From: Actinomycetes bacterium
GTDB lineage: Bacteria > Actinomycetota > Actinomycetes > S36-B12
Direction: 5' to 3'
Assembly: GCA_024639145.1 (NCBI GenBank)
Contig: JAHEIZ010000015.1
Coordinates: forward strand, 26,565-90,564
DNA length: 64,000 nt
Shown: positions 19,809 through 28,577 of the stretch, piece by piece
How the letters are laid out: the number at the start of each line of letters is the position of its first letter
Position numbering within the stretch: the first letter of the stretch is position 1
Made by a program: the position numbers and the translations under genes
The notes under the pieces: model-generated
Told to the model about the DNA's origin: nothing
Databases searched by the model: none
Seen by the model: the letters and a program-made list of their open reading frames with translations, nothing else

Positions 19809-20849
19809 TTACTTGGTGAGCTTGATGGCGCGGGATTCATCCCAGGCCAGGTGAACGGTCTCGCCACGAGTGACGCTCGCGGATCCCTGACAGGTGACCA
19901 GGACAGGGGCTGCGTGATTGGGGATGCTCAGGGCGATTGTCGAACTTCCACCGGTGAACTGGGTATCGACCACGTTGCCGGTCAGCACCGCTTGGTCTTG
20001 ATCGACAAGACGGATGTCCTCGGGGCGGATGACCAACGTGGCCTCACCTGCGCTCGCTCCCACTGTGCCAGGCAGGAGCCCGAGGCCTTCGACCTGCACG
20101 CCTGCCTCGCTTGCTGTTCCGCGGAAGGCGTTGCTGGAGCCGATAAAGTCGGCAACGAACAGGTTCTCGGGGCGCGAGTAGAGATCGACCGGGCTGGCGA
20201 CCTGTTGCACGACGCCCTCGGACATCACGGCAATCCGATCGGCCATAGACATCGCCTCATCCTGATCGTGTGTCACGACGACGAAGGTGATGCCAACCTC
20301 ATGCTGAAGGCGCTTGAGCTCAAGTTGCATCTCGGCACGCACCTTGCGATCGAGAGCTGACAGCGGCTCGTCGAGCAGGAGCAGCTGTGGACGCTTCACA
20401 ATGGCACGGGCAAGGGCCACACGTTGCCGCTGTCCGCCGGAGAGTTGAGCGGGGCGACGCGAGGCCTTGTCGGTGAGACCAACGGTCGCGAGAACCTCGG
20501 TGACACGATCGCGGATCTCGTCCTTGCCCAGGCCCTCGCGTTGTAGCCCGTAGGCCACGTTCTTCTCAACCGACATGTGCGGGAAGAGAGCGTAGGACTG
20601 GAACATCAGGTTAATCGGGCGCTTGTTCGGGGGAAGTGCCAGCAGACTCTGCGTGCCAAGGGTCACCGATCCTGCATCAGGGCTCTCGAAGCCGGCGAGC
20701 ACTCGAAGCAACGTGGTCTTGCCGCAGCCTGAGGGGCCGAGAAGCGCGAAGAACTCGTTCTCGCGAATATCGACGCTGACGTCATCGAGGGCGGTGACGT
20801 CGCCGAAGAACTTGCTGACGCCGGTGATGGATAGCAGTGGCTTGTTCAT
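19809..20849 (-). CDS. ABC transporter ATP-binding protein, PotA-like
   Basis: Walker A GPSGCGKTT, signature LSGGQRQRVALARA, Walker B LLLLDEPLSALD, plus a C-terminal TOBE-like domain. Confidence 0.9.
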   Translation of the reverse strand: MNKPLLSITGVSKFFGDVTALDDVSVDIRENEFFALLGPSGCGKTTLLRVLAGFESPDAGSVTLGTQSLLALPPNKRPINLMFQSYALFPHMSVEKNVAYGLQREGLGKDEIRDRVTEVLATVGLTDKASRRPAQLSGGQRQRVALARAIVKRPQLLLLDEPLSALDRKVRAEMQLELKRLQHEVGITFVVVTHDQDEAMSMADRIAVMSEGVVQQVASPVDLYSRPENLFVADFIGSSNAFRGTASEAGVQVEGLGLLPGTVGASAGEATLVIRPEDIRLVDQDQAVLTGNVVDTQFTGGSSTIALSIPNHAAPVLVTCQGSASVTRGETVHLAWDESRAIKLTK

Positions 20850-21616
20850 ACGGCATCCGTAATTCGGGTGAATCGCTGTGCGGCGATCACGACAGTGAAA
20901 CTGACGAGCAGGAGCAGGGCAGCGAGGGCATTGATCTCCGGGGTGACTCCGAATCGCACCATCGAGTAGATGACGATCGGAAGGGTGGGCGTGCTCGGGC
21001 CATCAGTGAAGAAGGCGATGACGAACTCGTCGAGGCTCAGCGTGAAAACCAGGAGTGCGCCGGCGACGATGGCGGGTGCGAGGCTCGGAATAGTAATGCG
21101 GAAGAAAGTGCCGACCGCGCTGGATCCGAGATCTCGGCTTGCTTCCTCGAGGCTGGGGTCAGTCTGGCCGAGTCGAGCGGTGACGACCGCGGCTACGAAG
21201 GCCATGCCGAAGACCACGTGGGCGAGCAGAACCGAGTGAAGTCCGAGGGTCATGCCCACGGCGCTGAACATCACGAGCAAGCCGATCGCGAGCGCGAGAT
21301 CGGGCACGATCGCGGGAGTGAGGGCGTAGGCCTCGAGAACGGCCGAGCGCGTGTACCGCGCGAGTCCGATCGCGAGCAAAGTTCCGAGAATCGTGGCCAG
21401 CACCGTGGCTCCAACAGCCACGATGATGGTGTTGATGAATCCTTGACGGATCAATTCATCATTCATCAAGGTGGAGTACCAGCGGCCGCTGAAGCCGCCC
21501 CAGCTGAAGGGCATCTTGCTCGCGTTGAAACTCATGATCACCAGCACGATGATCGGGATGTAGAGGAAGACATACGTGCCGATGAGCGGCAGTCGCAGCC
21601 AGCCGAGGTTACGCAT
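20846..21616 (-). CDS. ABC transporter permease, PotC-like
   Basis: Six TM helices. The EAA loop EEASRDLGSSAVGTFFRITIP is present. The start was moved to MRNLGWL (21616), which overlaps the PotB-like stop by 8 nt. Confidence 0.85.
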   Translation of the reverse strand: MRNLGWLRLPLIGTYVFLYIPIIVLVIMSFNASKMPFSWGGFSGRWYSTLMNDELIRQGFINTIIVAVGATVLATILGTLLAIGLARYTRSAVLEAYALTPAIVPDLALAIGLLVMFSAVGMTLGLHSVLLAHVVFGMAFVAAVVTARLGQTDPSLEEASRDLGSSAVGTFFRITIPSLAPAIVAGALLVFTLSLDEFVIAFFTDGPSTPTLPIVIYSMVRFGVTPEINALAALLLLVSFTVVIAAQRFTRITDAV

Positions 21617-22502
21617 GGCGCCCCCTGCCGTTGATGCGTCGCGAGATAGCGGCCTGCCCGGCGAACAGGATGATGAGGAGCGCGACCATGATGAGTGCCA
21701 GCACAGCGCCGAAGGGCCAGTCACGGGCCTTCAGGAACTGATCACGAATGAGATTGCCGATCATCACGGTCTTTCCTCCACCGAGAAGCTCGGGAACGAT
21801 GAAATTGCCGAGGCTCGGCACGAACACGAAAATCGCACCGATCATCGTGCCGGGGAGTGTGAGCGGAAGCGTGATCGTGAAGAAGGCGCGGGCACGACTT
21901 GCGCCGAGGTTGGTGGCTGCCTCGATGAGTGAGTTGTCGAGACGCTCCACGGATGCATAGATCGGCAGGATCATCAATGGTAGGTACGCGTAGAGCAAGC
22001 CGACGACCACCGCGCCTCGGGTGTAAAGCAGGTCGAGAGGCTCATGCAGGATCCCGACCGCCATCAGGCCCTTGTTGAGGGGGCCCTCGGAATTGAGCAG
22101 CAGGATCCAGGCATACGTGCGGATGAGGAAATTGGTCCAGAAGGGAAGTACGACGAGAACGAGTGCGAGATTGCGCCATTTGCGAGGCAGTCGCGCGATG
22201 GCATAAGCGGTCGGGTACCCGATGGCCAGGGCGAGGATCGTGGTGATCGTCGCAATCAGGATCGAGTTCCCGATGACTGACACGTACACCGACTCGATGA
22301 CCCGGTGGAAGTTGTCGAGGGTGAATTCCATCTTTACGCCACCGAAGCGTCCGCGCTTGAGGAAGGCGTATGAGAGCACCAGGACCATCGGAATGGCCAT
22401 GAAGACCGTGACGTAGAACAGGCCAGGCCCGAGGAAGATGAATCGCGCACCAAGGGCGCGACGCCTTTCGGCGCCGCGCCCTTGGGCGGCAGGTGAGGTC
22501 AT
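21609..22502 (-). CDS. ABC transporter permease, PotB-like
   Basis: EAA loop IEAATNLGASRARAFFTITLP, in a multi-TM protein. Confidence 0.85.
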   Translation of the reverse strand: MTSPAAQGRGAERRRALGARFIFLGPGLFYVTVFMAIPMVLVLSYAFLKRGRFGGVKMEFTLDNFHRVIESVYVSVIGNSILIATITTILALAIGYPTAYAIARLPRKWRNLALVLVVLPFWTNFLIRTYAWILLLNSEGPLNKGLMAVGILHEPLDLLYTRGAVVVGLLYAYLPLMILPIYASVERLDNSLIEAATNLGASRARAFFTITLPLTLPGTMIGAIFVFVPSLGNFIVPELLGGGKTVMIGNLIRDQFLKARDWPFGAVLALIMVALLIILFAGQAAISRRINGRGRHA

Positions 22503-22516
22503 AGGAATTACCGCAA

Positions 22517-23653
22517 TTAGTTAGCGGTGACCTCGGTCGCGATGGTGGTGTACTTCGTGCTGTCCTCGCCCAGGTCAACCTCGGCCTCCTGCTTGAGCAG
22601 GTCGCCAGGGGTCATGCCCATGTTCGGGTAGCTCTCGGCCAGCTTGGCGCCCACGGCATCCATGGCTGCCTTGTTGGGCACCTTGTAGAGGATGTTCTCG
22701 GCAACCCAGGCGTGGTTGGCTGGGTCGAGGATGTAATTGATGAATGCCTCAGCAGCGGCCTTGTTCTTCGTGCCCTTGAGGATGACCATCGTGTCGGACC
22801 ACAGGTCGCTGCCCTCCTTGGGCACGACGAACTTGATGTTGGGATCCTCGGCGATGCCGTAGTTGCACCAGCCGTCCCAGGCCACAGCCATGGTGGCCTC
22901 GCCCGAGACCAGTCGCGAGTAGAAGTTGGTGTCGTCGAATGCGAGCAGGCCGGCCTTCTCGGCGATGGCGAGATCCTTTGCCTGGGCCAGCTCGGCATCG
23001 TCAGTGGTGTTGATGCTGTAGCCAAGTGACTTCAGGGCCGGGAGCAGCAGCCAGCGCTCGGTGGCCAAAGCGGTGATCTTGCCCTTGTTCTCGGCCGATG
23101 GCTTCAGGATGTCATTCCAGCTCGTGGGAGCGGTCTTGACCAGATCAGAGCGGTAGCAAATGCCCGTGGTGCCCCAGGTGTACGGAACCGAGTAGGTGTT
23201 TCCCTTGTCGAACGGCAGCTGAGCCGCCTCGGGGTACAGGTTCGCCAGGTTCGGGATATTCGCGGGGTCGATGCTCTCTAGGAGACCGGCGTCGTTCAAG
23301 GCCTGCGCGTACTGGCCGGAGACGAATGCGACGTCGAAGCCCGAGTCACCGCCTGCCGTGAGCTTGGCAACGATCTCCTCGTTGGTGGCGTGGTTCGCGA
23401 TGGTCAGCGGAACGCCGGTGGCAGCCTGGAACTTGGTTGCGAGATCCTCGGGGTAGTAGCCCGCCCAGTTGGAGACGGTCAGGGTCTGGCCCGACAGATC
23501 GGCAGGGCCGGCAGGAGAGGAGCTTGCTGCGGGAGCGGCACTTGCCGCGGCCGAAGTTGAGCTCGAACTGCCGCCGCAGGCGGACAGGACGAGGGCTGCC
23601 GAGGCAGCAACGGTGAGAGCCGCAGCTGTGCGACCTCCGAGACGACGACGCAT
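22517..23653 (-). CDS. ABC substrate-binding lipoprotein, polyamine (PotD/PotF)-type
   Basis: Signal peptide with an LSAC lipobox and a Ser/Ala linker, then a PBP2 polyamine-type fold (VSNWAGYYPED..., YTWGTTGICYR). Confidence 0.85.
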   Translation of the reverse strand: MRRRLGGRTAAALTVAASAALVLSACGGSSSSTSAAASAAPAASSSPAGPADLSGQTLTVSNWAGYYPEDLATKFQAATGVPLTIANHATNEEIVAKLTAGGDSGFDVAFVSGQYAQALNDAGLLESIDPANIPNLANLYPEAAQLPFDKGNTYSVPYTWGTTGICYRSDLVKTAPTSWNDILKPSAENKGKITALATERWLLLPALKSLGYSINTTDDAELAQAKDLAIAEKAGLLAFDDTNFYSRLVSGEATMAVAWDGWCNYGIAEDPNIKFVVPKEGSDLWSDTMVILKGTKNKAAAEAFINYILDPANHAWVAENILYKVPNKAAMDAVGAKLAESYPNMGMTPGDLLKQEAEVDLGEDSTKYTTIATEVTAN

Positions 23654-23754
23654 GGGGGCTCCTAGATAGGTGGGGGTGTCAGGCTTCCAGCCACGTGTTG
23701 CACGGACGTTAAGCCACGATTGCAGGCTTTCGCTGGGGAATTCGTCGATATCTG

Positions 23755-23764
23755 GGAAATTTCC
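23755..23764. promoter_or_regulatory. Perfect 10-bp palindrome GGAAATTTCC, candidate TetR operator
   Basis: It lies in the AT-richer divergent region, 35 bp upstream of the TetR GTG. It sits where a -35 element would be relative to the TAGGGT -10 candidate at 23787-23792. Confidence 0.3.
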
Positions 23765-23798
23765 TGAATTGTGATTTAAGAACTCCTAGGGTCAGGGC

Positions 23799-24398
23799 GT
23801 GGCTCGACGTGGTGCTCTCAAGGCGAATCTGCTTGTCGCTGCCCAGCGGGCGATGGCCGAGCACGGCACGTCGGTACGCCTGAACCAGATCGCATCAGAA
23901 GCCGGAGTCACTGCCGGCGCGGTGCTCTACCACTACCCGAACATGCAGGAGCTCCTGTTCGAGGCGAACCAGTCGGGCATGGCTCGCTTCCACGATCAAC
24001 GGCTTGAGGCACTCGCCGGCATCAGTGATCCGGCCGCTCGCTTGATTCAGACCATTCGCACGGGTGTGCCCGAGGGACCCGAGGATCCTGACGTGCGTTT
24101 GCTGTGCGCGCTCGGTGGTGAGGCTGCTCGAAATAACCTGTACGCCCTGCTCCTTACTTCCCTCTTCGACCGCCAAGTCAGCATGTACCAGGGCATCCTC
24201 GAGATGGGAGTGGCCTCGGGCGCATTCGTTCTTCGGCAGGACACGATCACCATCGCACGTAACCTCGTGGCCCTCGAGGATGCCTACGGCTACCGGATGA
24301 TGGCCAAGCATCCGACCCTCGGATATGACTCTGCTGTTGAATTGATCGTCGAGTACGCCCGATTGGCCACCGGACACCCGCTACCCCTGGAGAAGTGA
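23799..24398 (+). CDS. TetR family transcriptional regulator
   Basis: N-terminal HTH VRLNQIASEAGVTAGAVLYHYPNMQELLFEA. Confidence 0.85.
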   Translation: MARRGALKANLLVAAQRAMAEHGTSVRLNQIASEAGVTAGAVLYHYPNMQELLFEANQSGMARFHDQRLEALAGISDPAARLIQTIRTGVPEGPEDPDVRLLCALGGEAARNNLYALLLTSLFDRQVSMYQGILEMGVASGAFVLRQDTITIARNLVALEDAYGYRMMAKHPTLGYDSAVELIVEYARLATGHPLPLEK

Positions 24399-25711
24399 TG
24401 TCGACCCGCCCGCTCACAGTTCTGTTCATGCCCGAGTCGGCCTATGGGCCTACGAATCAGTGCATCGGTATTGGCAAGGTACTTCTCGAGCGTGGGCACC
24501 GCGTGGTCTTTGCTGCTGAGGCATCGTGGGCGGGCAAGCTCACGGCCCTGGGTTTCGAGGAAGATCTCGTCGATCTCGCTCCTGCTCCTGAAGGCGATGA
24601 CGAGCAGGATGCCGGCCAATTCTGGAAGGATTTCATTCGCGAAACCGCACCCGAGTTTCGCAAGCCGACTGTCGAGCAGCTCCAGACCTTCATCAAGCCG
24701 ACCTGGCAGGCGCTCATCGATGGCGCGATGTTCTGCGAGCCACAGTTGCGGGAGATCCTCGCGCGTGTGAAGCCTGACGTCATCGTCGAGGACAACGTGC
24801 TGTGCTTCCCGGCGCTGATGACGAATGGTGCACCCTTCGTCCGGATCGTCTCCTGCAACCCGCTTGAGATCAAAGGCGACGGAGCAGCGCCCGTGTTCTC
24901 CGGGCTTCCTGCCGCCGATCGAAGCGAATGGGCGTCCTTTGACTCGGAGTACGAGCGCACTCATCGCGAGATCTGGAATGCATACAACGCCTGGGTGATG
25001 GAGCAGGGTGCGCCGGGGCTTCCCGACCTCGAATTCATTCACACGTCCGAGGCCGCGAATCTGTATGTCTTTCCTGAAGAAGCCGACTACACGAATGACC
25101 GCCCGCTCGGCTCGAACTGGCATCGAATGGATTCCAGCGTGCGTGAGACCGATCAGGAGTACGTCATTCCGGCCGCGGTGGCTGATCGCCCTGCCGATAG
25201 CGCACTGATCTACCTCTCGCTCGGCTCCCTTGGAGGTGCCGATGTGGATCTCATGCGGCGTCTTATCGACGTGCTCAGTCGCACCAGGCACCGTTTCATC
25301 GTGAGCATGGGCCCGCAGCACGAGTTGCTGACCCTCGCACCGAACATGGTCGGTTCCGAATTCCTGCCGCAGACCAAGATCGTGCCCCAGGTCGATCTTG
25401 TTATCACTCACGGCGGCAACAACACGACTACTGAGTCACTGCACTTCGGCAAGCCGATGATCCTGTTGCCGCTGTTCTGGGATCAGTACGACAATGCCCA
25501 GCGCATGGATGAACTCGGTTTCGGCGTGCGACTGTCAACATACGCCTTCACTGAGGATGAGATGAACGCCGCGCTCGAGAAGTTGCTCGCGGACGCCGAC
25601 CTTCGGGCACGTCTCGAATCGATCGGTCAGTCGATTCGCGCACGCGATGGACTTCGCCGTGGTGCCGACGTCATCGAAGCAGTCGGCAATGCTCATCTCG
25701 AGGGCGTGTGA
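24395..25711 (+). CDS. GT1 family glycosyltransferase (UDP-glycosyltransferase / MGT-like)
   Basis: VLFMPESAYGPTNQCIGIGKVLLERGHRV at the N-terminus. C-terminal nucleotide-sugar motif ITHGGNNTTTESLHFGKPMILLPLFWDQYDNA. The start is GTG 24395 or ATG 24398; both overlap the TetR stop. Confidence 0.85.
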   Translation: MMSTRPLTVLFMPESAYGPTNQCIGIGKVLLERGHRVVFAAEASWAGKLTALGFEEDLVDLAPAPEGDDEQDAGQFWKDFIRETAPEFRKPTVEQLQTFIKPTWQALIDGAMFCEPQLREILARVKPDVIVEDNVLCFPALMTNGAPFVRIVSCNPLEIKGDGAAPVFSGLPAADRSEWASFDSEYERTHREIWNAYNAWVMEQGAPGLPDLEFIHTSEAANLYVFPEEADYTNDRPLGSNWHRMDSSVRETDQEYVIPAAVADRPADSALIYLSLGSLGGADVDLMRRLIDVLSRTRHRFIVSMGPQHELLTLAPNMVGSEFLPQTKIVPQVDLVITHGGNNTTTESLHFGKPMILLPLFWDQYDNAQRMDELGFGVRLSTYAFTEDEMNAALEKLLADADLRARLESIGQSIRARDGLRRGADVIEAVGNAHLEGV

Positions 25712-27018
25712 CGCGATTCGACGAAGCACTGCTGCGCGACTGCGTGCCGGCAGACCTCCTGCCTGAGCGTCGACGCGCTGAAGCAGAGCGCATCGAACTA
25801 CCGCTTCGCCTCCTGGCCTCAGTGGCGCTGGGGGAGAGCGCGTGGATTCTCGTCATCTGCGATCAGCGGGGCATTCGATACGGCATACCGGCGGTCATTC
25901 GAGATGGCTCCCTGTCTCGAGCCGTACCTGGCGACGGCGTGAGCGAAGCACTGCTCGCAATGACCGTGGATGACTCGGTCTCTGTCGAAGGGCTGGAGTT
26001 CGAGAGGTTCGGCGGCAGTCGACAGTTCGGTGAGACTGCCATCCAGGTCGATCAGACCAATGAGCTGATTCGCGTGGGTGACGCGATGGTGAAGTGGAAC
26101 CTTCATCCCGCGGACTCCGCCGCACCAGGGCCGATCCGCTCAAGCCTGCTTCATGAAGCCGGTTTTACTGAGACTCCCCGACCCTGGGGGCATGTGCACA
26201 TGCGCATCAATGACGAGCTGATGCACGTGGCCAGTGTTGTCGACTACGTGCCCGACACAGAAGACGGCTGGGACTGGGCGGTCACCGATGTCAGGCGGTT
26301 TGCTCGCGGTGAGCTCGATAATCCGGAGGCGCTCAAGCCCGTCCGCGCCATCGGAGCGTTGGTGGCGCGCATGCATGTGGGTCTATCTCAGGGCGGCCTT
26401 GCAGATGCGACTGCGGTTGATTCGCGTGAGTGGCGCGAGCTCGCGGACTCCGAGTTGACCACGGCGGTCGCGCTCGAAAGCGCTGCCGGGCATCCAGCGC
26501 TTGCGCGGCTTGAGCCTGCCTGTCGCACTGCAATCGAAATGATCTCCGAGATCTCGTCGACTCCACTGATGCGTATTCACGCCGATTTGCATATCGGTCA
26601 GATCCTTCGCACCACATCAGCGCATGAGTACCTCGTCATCGACTTCGACGGCAACCCGACTCAGGAATCGATCACGGAGTTCCAGCCCGCTGCCCGCGAC
26701 GTCGCGGGAATGCTGTGCTCGCTGGATCACGTGGCCAGGGTCGTGATCCACCGCACTGATGACTTAAAGCCCGATCAAGTGCAGCGAACACTCGACTGGA
26801 TCTCCGCGGCCGAGGCGGAATTCCTCGAGGCGTACACGACCACCCTCGCAGCGGCCGGAAACGCTGAACTCTTCGATGCGCGTCTCGTCGCGCCCTTCCG
26901 CATTCAGCAGGAATGTCGCGAGTACATCTACGCTGATCGCTATCTACCGCACTGGCGGTACGTTCCTGAGGCAGCGCTGCCTGCACTCCTCGAATCGCTC
27001 ACGAAGGATGAGATCTGA
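25708..27018 (+). CDS. Maltokinase-like (Mak/Pep2 fold) sugar kinase, possibly of the glucosamine-kinase type
   Basis: VDQTNELIRVGDAMVKWNL, catalytic IHADLHIGQIL and VIDFDGNP, and a C-terminal ECREYIYADRYLPHWRYVPEAAL parallel the maltokinase architecture. The GTG start overlaps the GT stop (GTGA). Confidence 0.7.
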   Translation: MTRFDEALLRDCVPADLLPERRRAEAERIELPLRLLASVALGESAWILVICDQRGIRYGIPAVIRDGSLSRAVPGDGVSEALLAMTVDDSVSVEGLEFERFGGSRQFGETAIQVDQTNELIRVGDAMVKWNLHPADSAAPGPIRSSLLHEAGFTETPRPWGHVHMRINDELMHVASVVDYVPDTEDGWDWAVTDVRRFARGELDNPEALKPVRAIGALVARMHVGLSQGGLADATAVDSREWRELADSELTTAVALESAAGHPALARLEPACRTAIEMISEISSTPLMRIHADLHIGQILRTTSAHEYLVIDFDGNPTQESITEFQPAARDVAGMLCSLDHVARVVIHRTDDLKPDQVQRTLDWISAAEAEFLEAYTTTLAAAGNAELFDARLVAPFRIQQECREYIYADRYLPHWRYVPEAALPALLESLTKDEI

Positions 27019-27965
27019 TGGATCCCCGCGCATTCGCTGACGATCTCAGCGCTAAGCCCGATTCACTCATGCGGCTGGCCGAGATCCTGCGTACCGGCGA
27101 TCCCTGGTCGGGAACCGGGATTACGCGTGAGAGTCACCTCGTGCTGCTCGGTATGGGGTCCTCTCACTATGCGAATGCAGTGGCAGCCGCGCGACTGCGA
27201 TCGCGCGGTGTCAACGCGGTCGCCGAACTCGCCAGCAGCGACCTGCTTCCGGCGATCACCTCGACGTCGGTGGTGATCGCGGTGTCGGCAAGCGGAGGAT
27301 CGACCGAGACCCTGGATGCACTGAACCGCTACGCGTCGCCCGCCCAGGTAATCGCTATGACCAACGTCGCGGATTCGAAGATTTGCGCCCAGGCGGCCCA
27401 GGTCATCGACATGTCAGCCGGCCTCGAGGCAGGAGGCGTCGCCTGCCGTTCCTTCCAGCACACGCTGATCCTGCTTCTCGCTCTCGAGGCCCACCTCTTC
27501 GGCGAGCCAATGCCGAGTGACTTGGTCCAGCGCACATCCCGGGCGAGTGCTCACCTGATCGACACTGCTGACACGTGGCTACCGGCCTTGCGTGAAGCCA
27601 TGATCGGCCCGGCCGGCACCCATCTCGTTGCGCCTGCACGTCGGCTCAGTTCCGCCCAGCAGGGCGCCCTCATGCTGCGTGAGGGACCACGACTCGCTGC
27701 GATCGGTTGCGAGACAGGGGACTGGAGTCATGTCGACGTCTACCTCACCAAGACCACTGATTACCGCTTGCTGCTGTTCGCAGGCTCACGCTGGGAACCA
27801 GAACTCCTCAGGTGGGTCAAGGAGCGCGGCACGACCTTGGCCAGCGTCAGTGGTGACGTCGAGGGCGCCGTGCTCTCCATCCGTTTTCCGGGAGATGACG
27901 ACGACGATCTTCGACTGCTAGTCGAGGTTCTCGTCCCTGAACTACTTGCCTCGTCTTTATGGTGA
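27018..27965 (+). CDS. Double SIS-domain phosphosugar isomerase/deaminase-like protein (GlmS C-terminal / NagB-II type)
   Basis: LLGMGSSHYANAVAA and VIAVSASGGSTETL SIS motifs. The size of about 315 aa fits a two-SIS protein. Confidence 0.7.
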   Translation: MDPRAFADDLSAKPDSLMRLAEILRTGDPWSGTGITRESHLVLLGMGSSHYANAVAAARLRSRGVNAVAELASSDLLPAITSTSVVIAVSASGGSTETLDALNRYASPAQVIAMTNVADSKICAQAAQVIDMSAGLEAGGVACRSFQHTLILLLALEAHLFGEPMPSDLVQRTSRASAHLIDTADTWLPALREAMIGPAGTHLVAPARRLSSAQQGALMLREGPRLAAIGCETGDWSHVDVYLTKTTDYRLLLFAGSRWEPELLRWVKERGTTLASVSGDVEGAVLSIRFPGDDDDDLRLLVEVLVPELLASSLW

Positions 27966-28555
27966 CGGTGATCGCGCTGCACGGCTTCACCCGCGGCCCG
28001 CAGCACCTGGCTGCCCTCGCCCACGCCTGCGAGCAGCAGGGCTGGTCGTGCCTTCGTCCGAAGGTCGCCTCGCGCTGGTTCTCGGTGCGCATGAACTCCC
28101 GTCGTCACCTCGATCGGCTTGCCGTAGAACTCATACGCGTTTGCGCCGGGCAGCAGGTGGTGATCGTGGGTCACTCAGCTGGCACGGCAGCGGGCTCCTG
28201 GATCGCGATGCGCATGGTCGAGGCAGGCGTTGATCTGCGCGGGCTTGTCTACGTGGACGGCAACGACAGTCCCAATCACCTCCTGGAGAAGGCCTGGCCC
28301 TCGCTCGAGTCGGTGAGGATACGCGGCGTGCTGGCTCCGCCCAGCCCGTGCAATCGCCAGGGCAGGCTCCAGAGCTTCCTCGCCGTGAATCGACCGGGTG
28401 AATACGTGGTGATCCCGGGCTCTGGTCACGGAGACATCGAGATCGACGACAGTGCCGTATACCGACGGGCCTGCGGCGACCAATCGACGCCGGAGACCAA
28501 GGCGGCGGTTCTCGCTGCTGTGATCGATGCAATTGCTGAACTCGTGAGCGCTTAG
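27959..28555 (+). CDS. Small alpha/beta hydrolase
   Basis: VIALHGF, the nucleophile elbow VGHSAG, and a late GSGHGD histidine. It overlaps the SIS gene by 7 nt. Confidence 0.6.
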   Translation: MVTVIALHGFTRGPQHLAALAHACEQQGWSCLRPKVASRWFSVRMNSRRHLDRLAVELIRVCAGQQVVIVGHSAGTAAGSWIAMRMVEAGVDLRGLVYVDGNDSPNHLLEKAWPSLESVRIRGVLAPPSPCNRQGRLQSFLAVNRPGEYVVIPGSGHGDIEIDDSAVYRRACGDQSTPETKAAVLAAVIDAIAELVSA

Positions 28556-28577
28556 ATCGGATCTGCGCCGATTGGAC

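Noticed and set aside
24290-25411. 373-aa minus-strand ORF
   Set aside because: It is antisense to the GT1 glycosyltransferase, whose nucleotide-sugar binding motif is clear on the plus strand.
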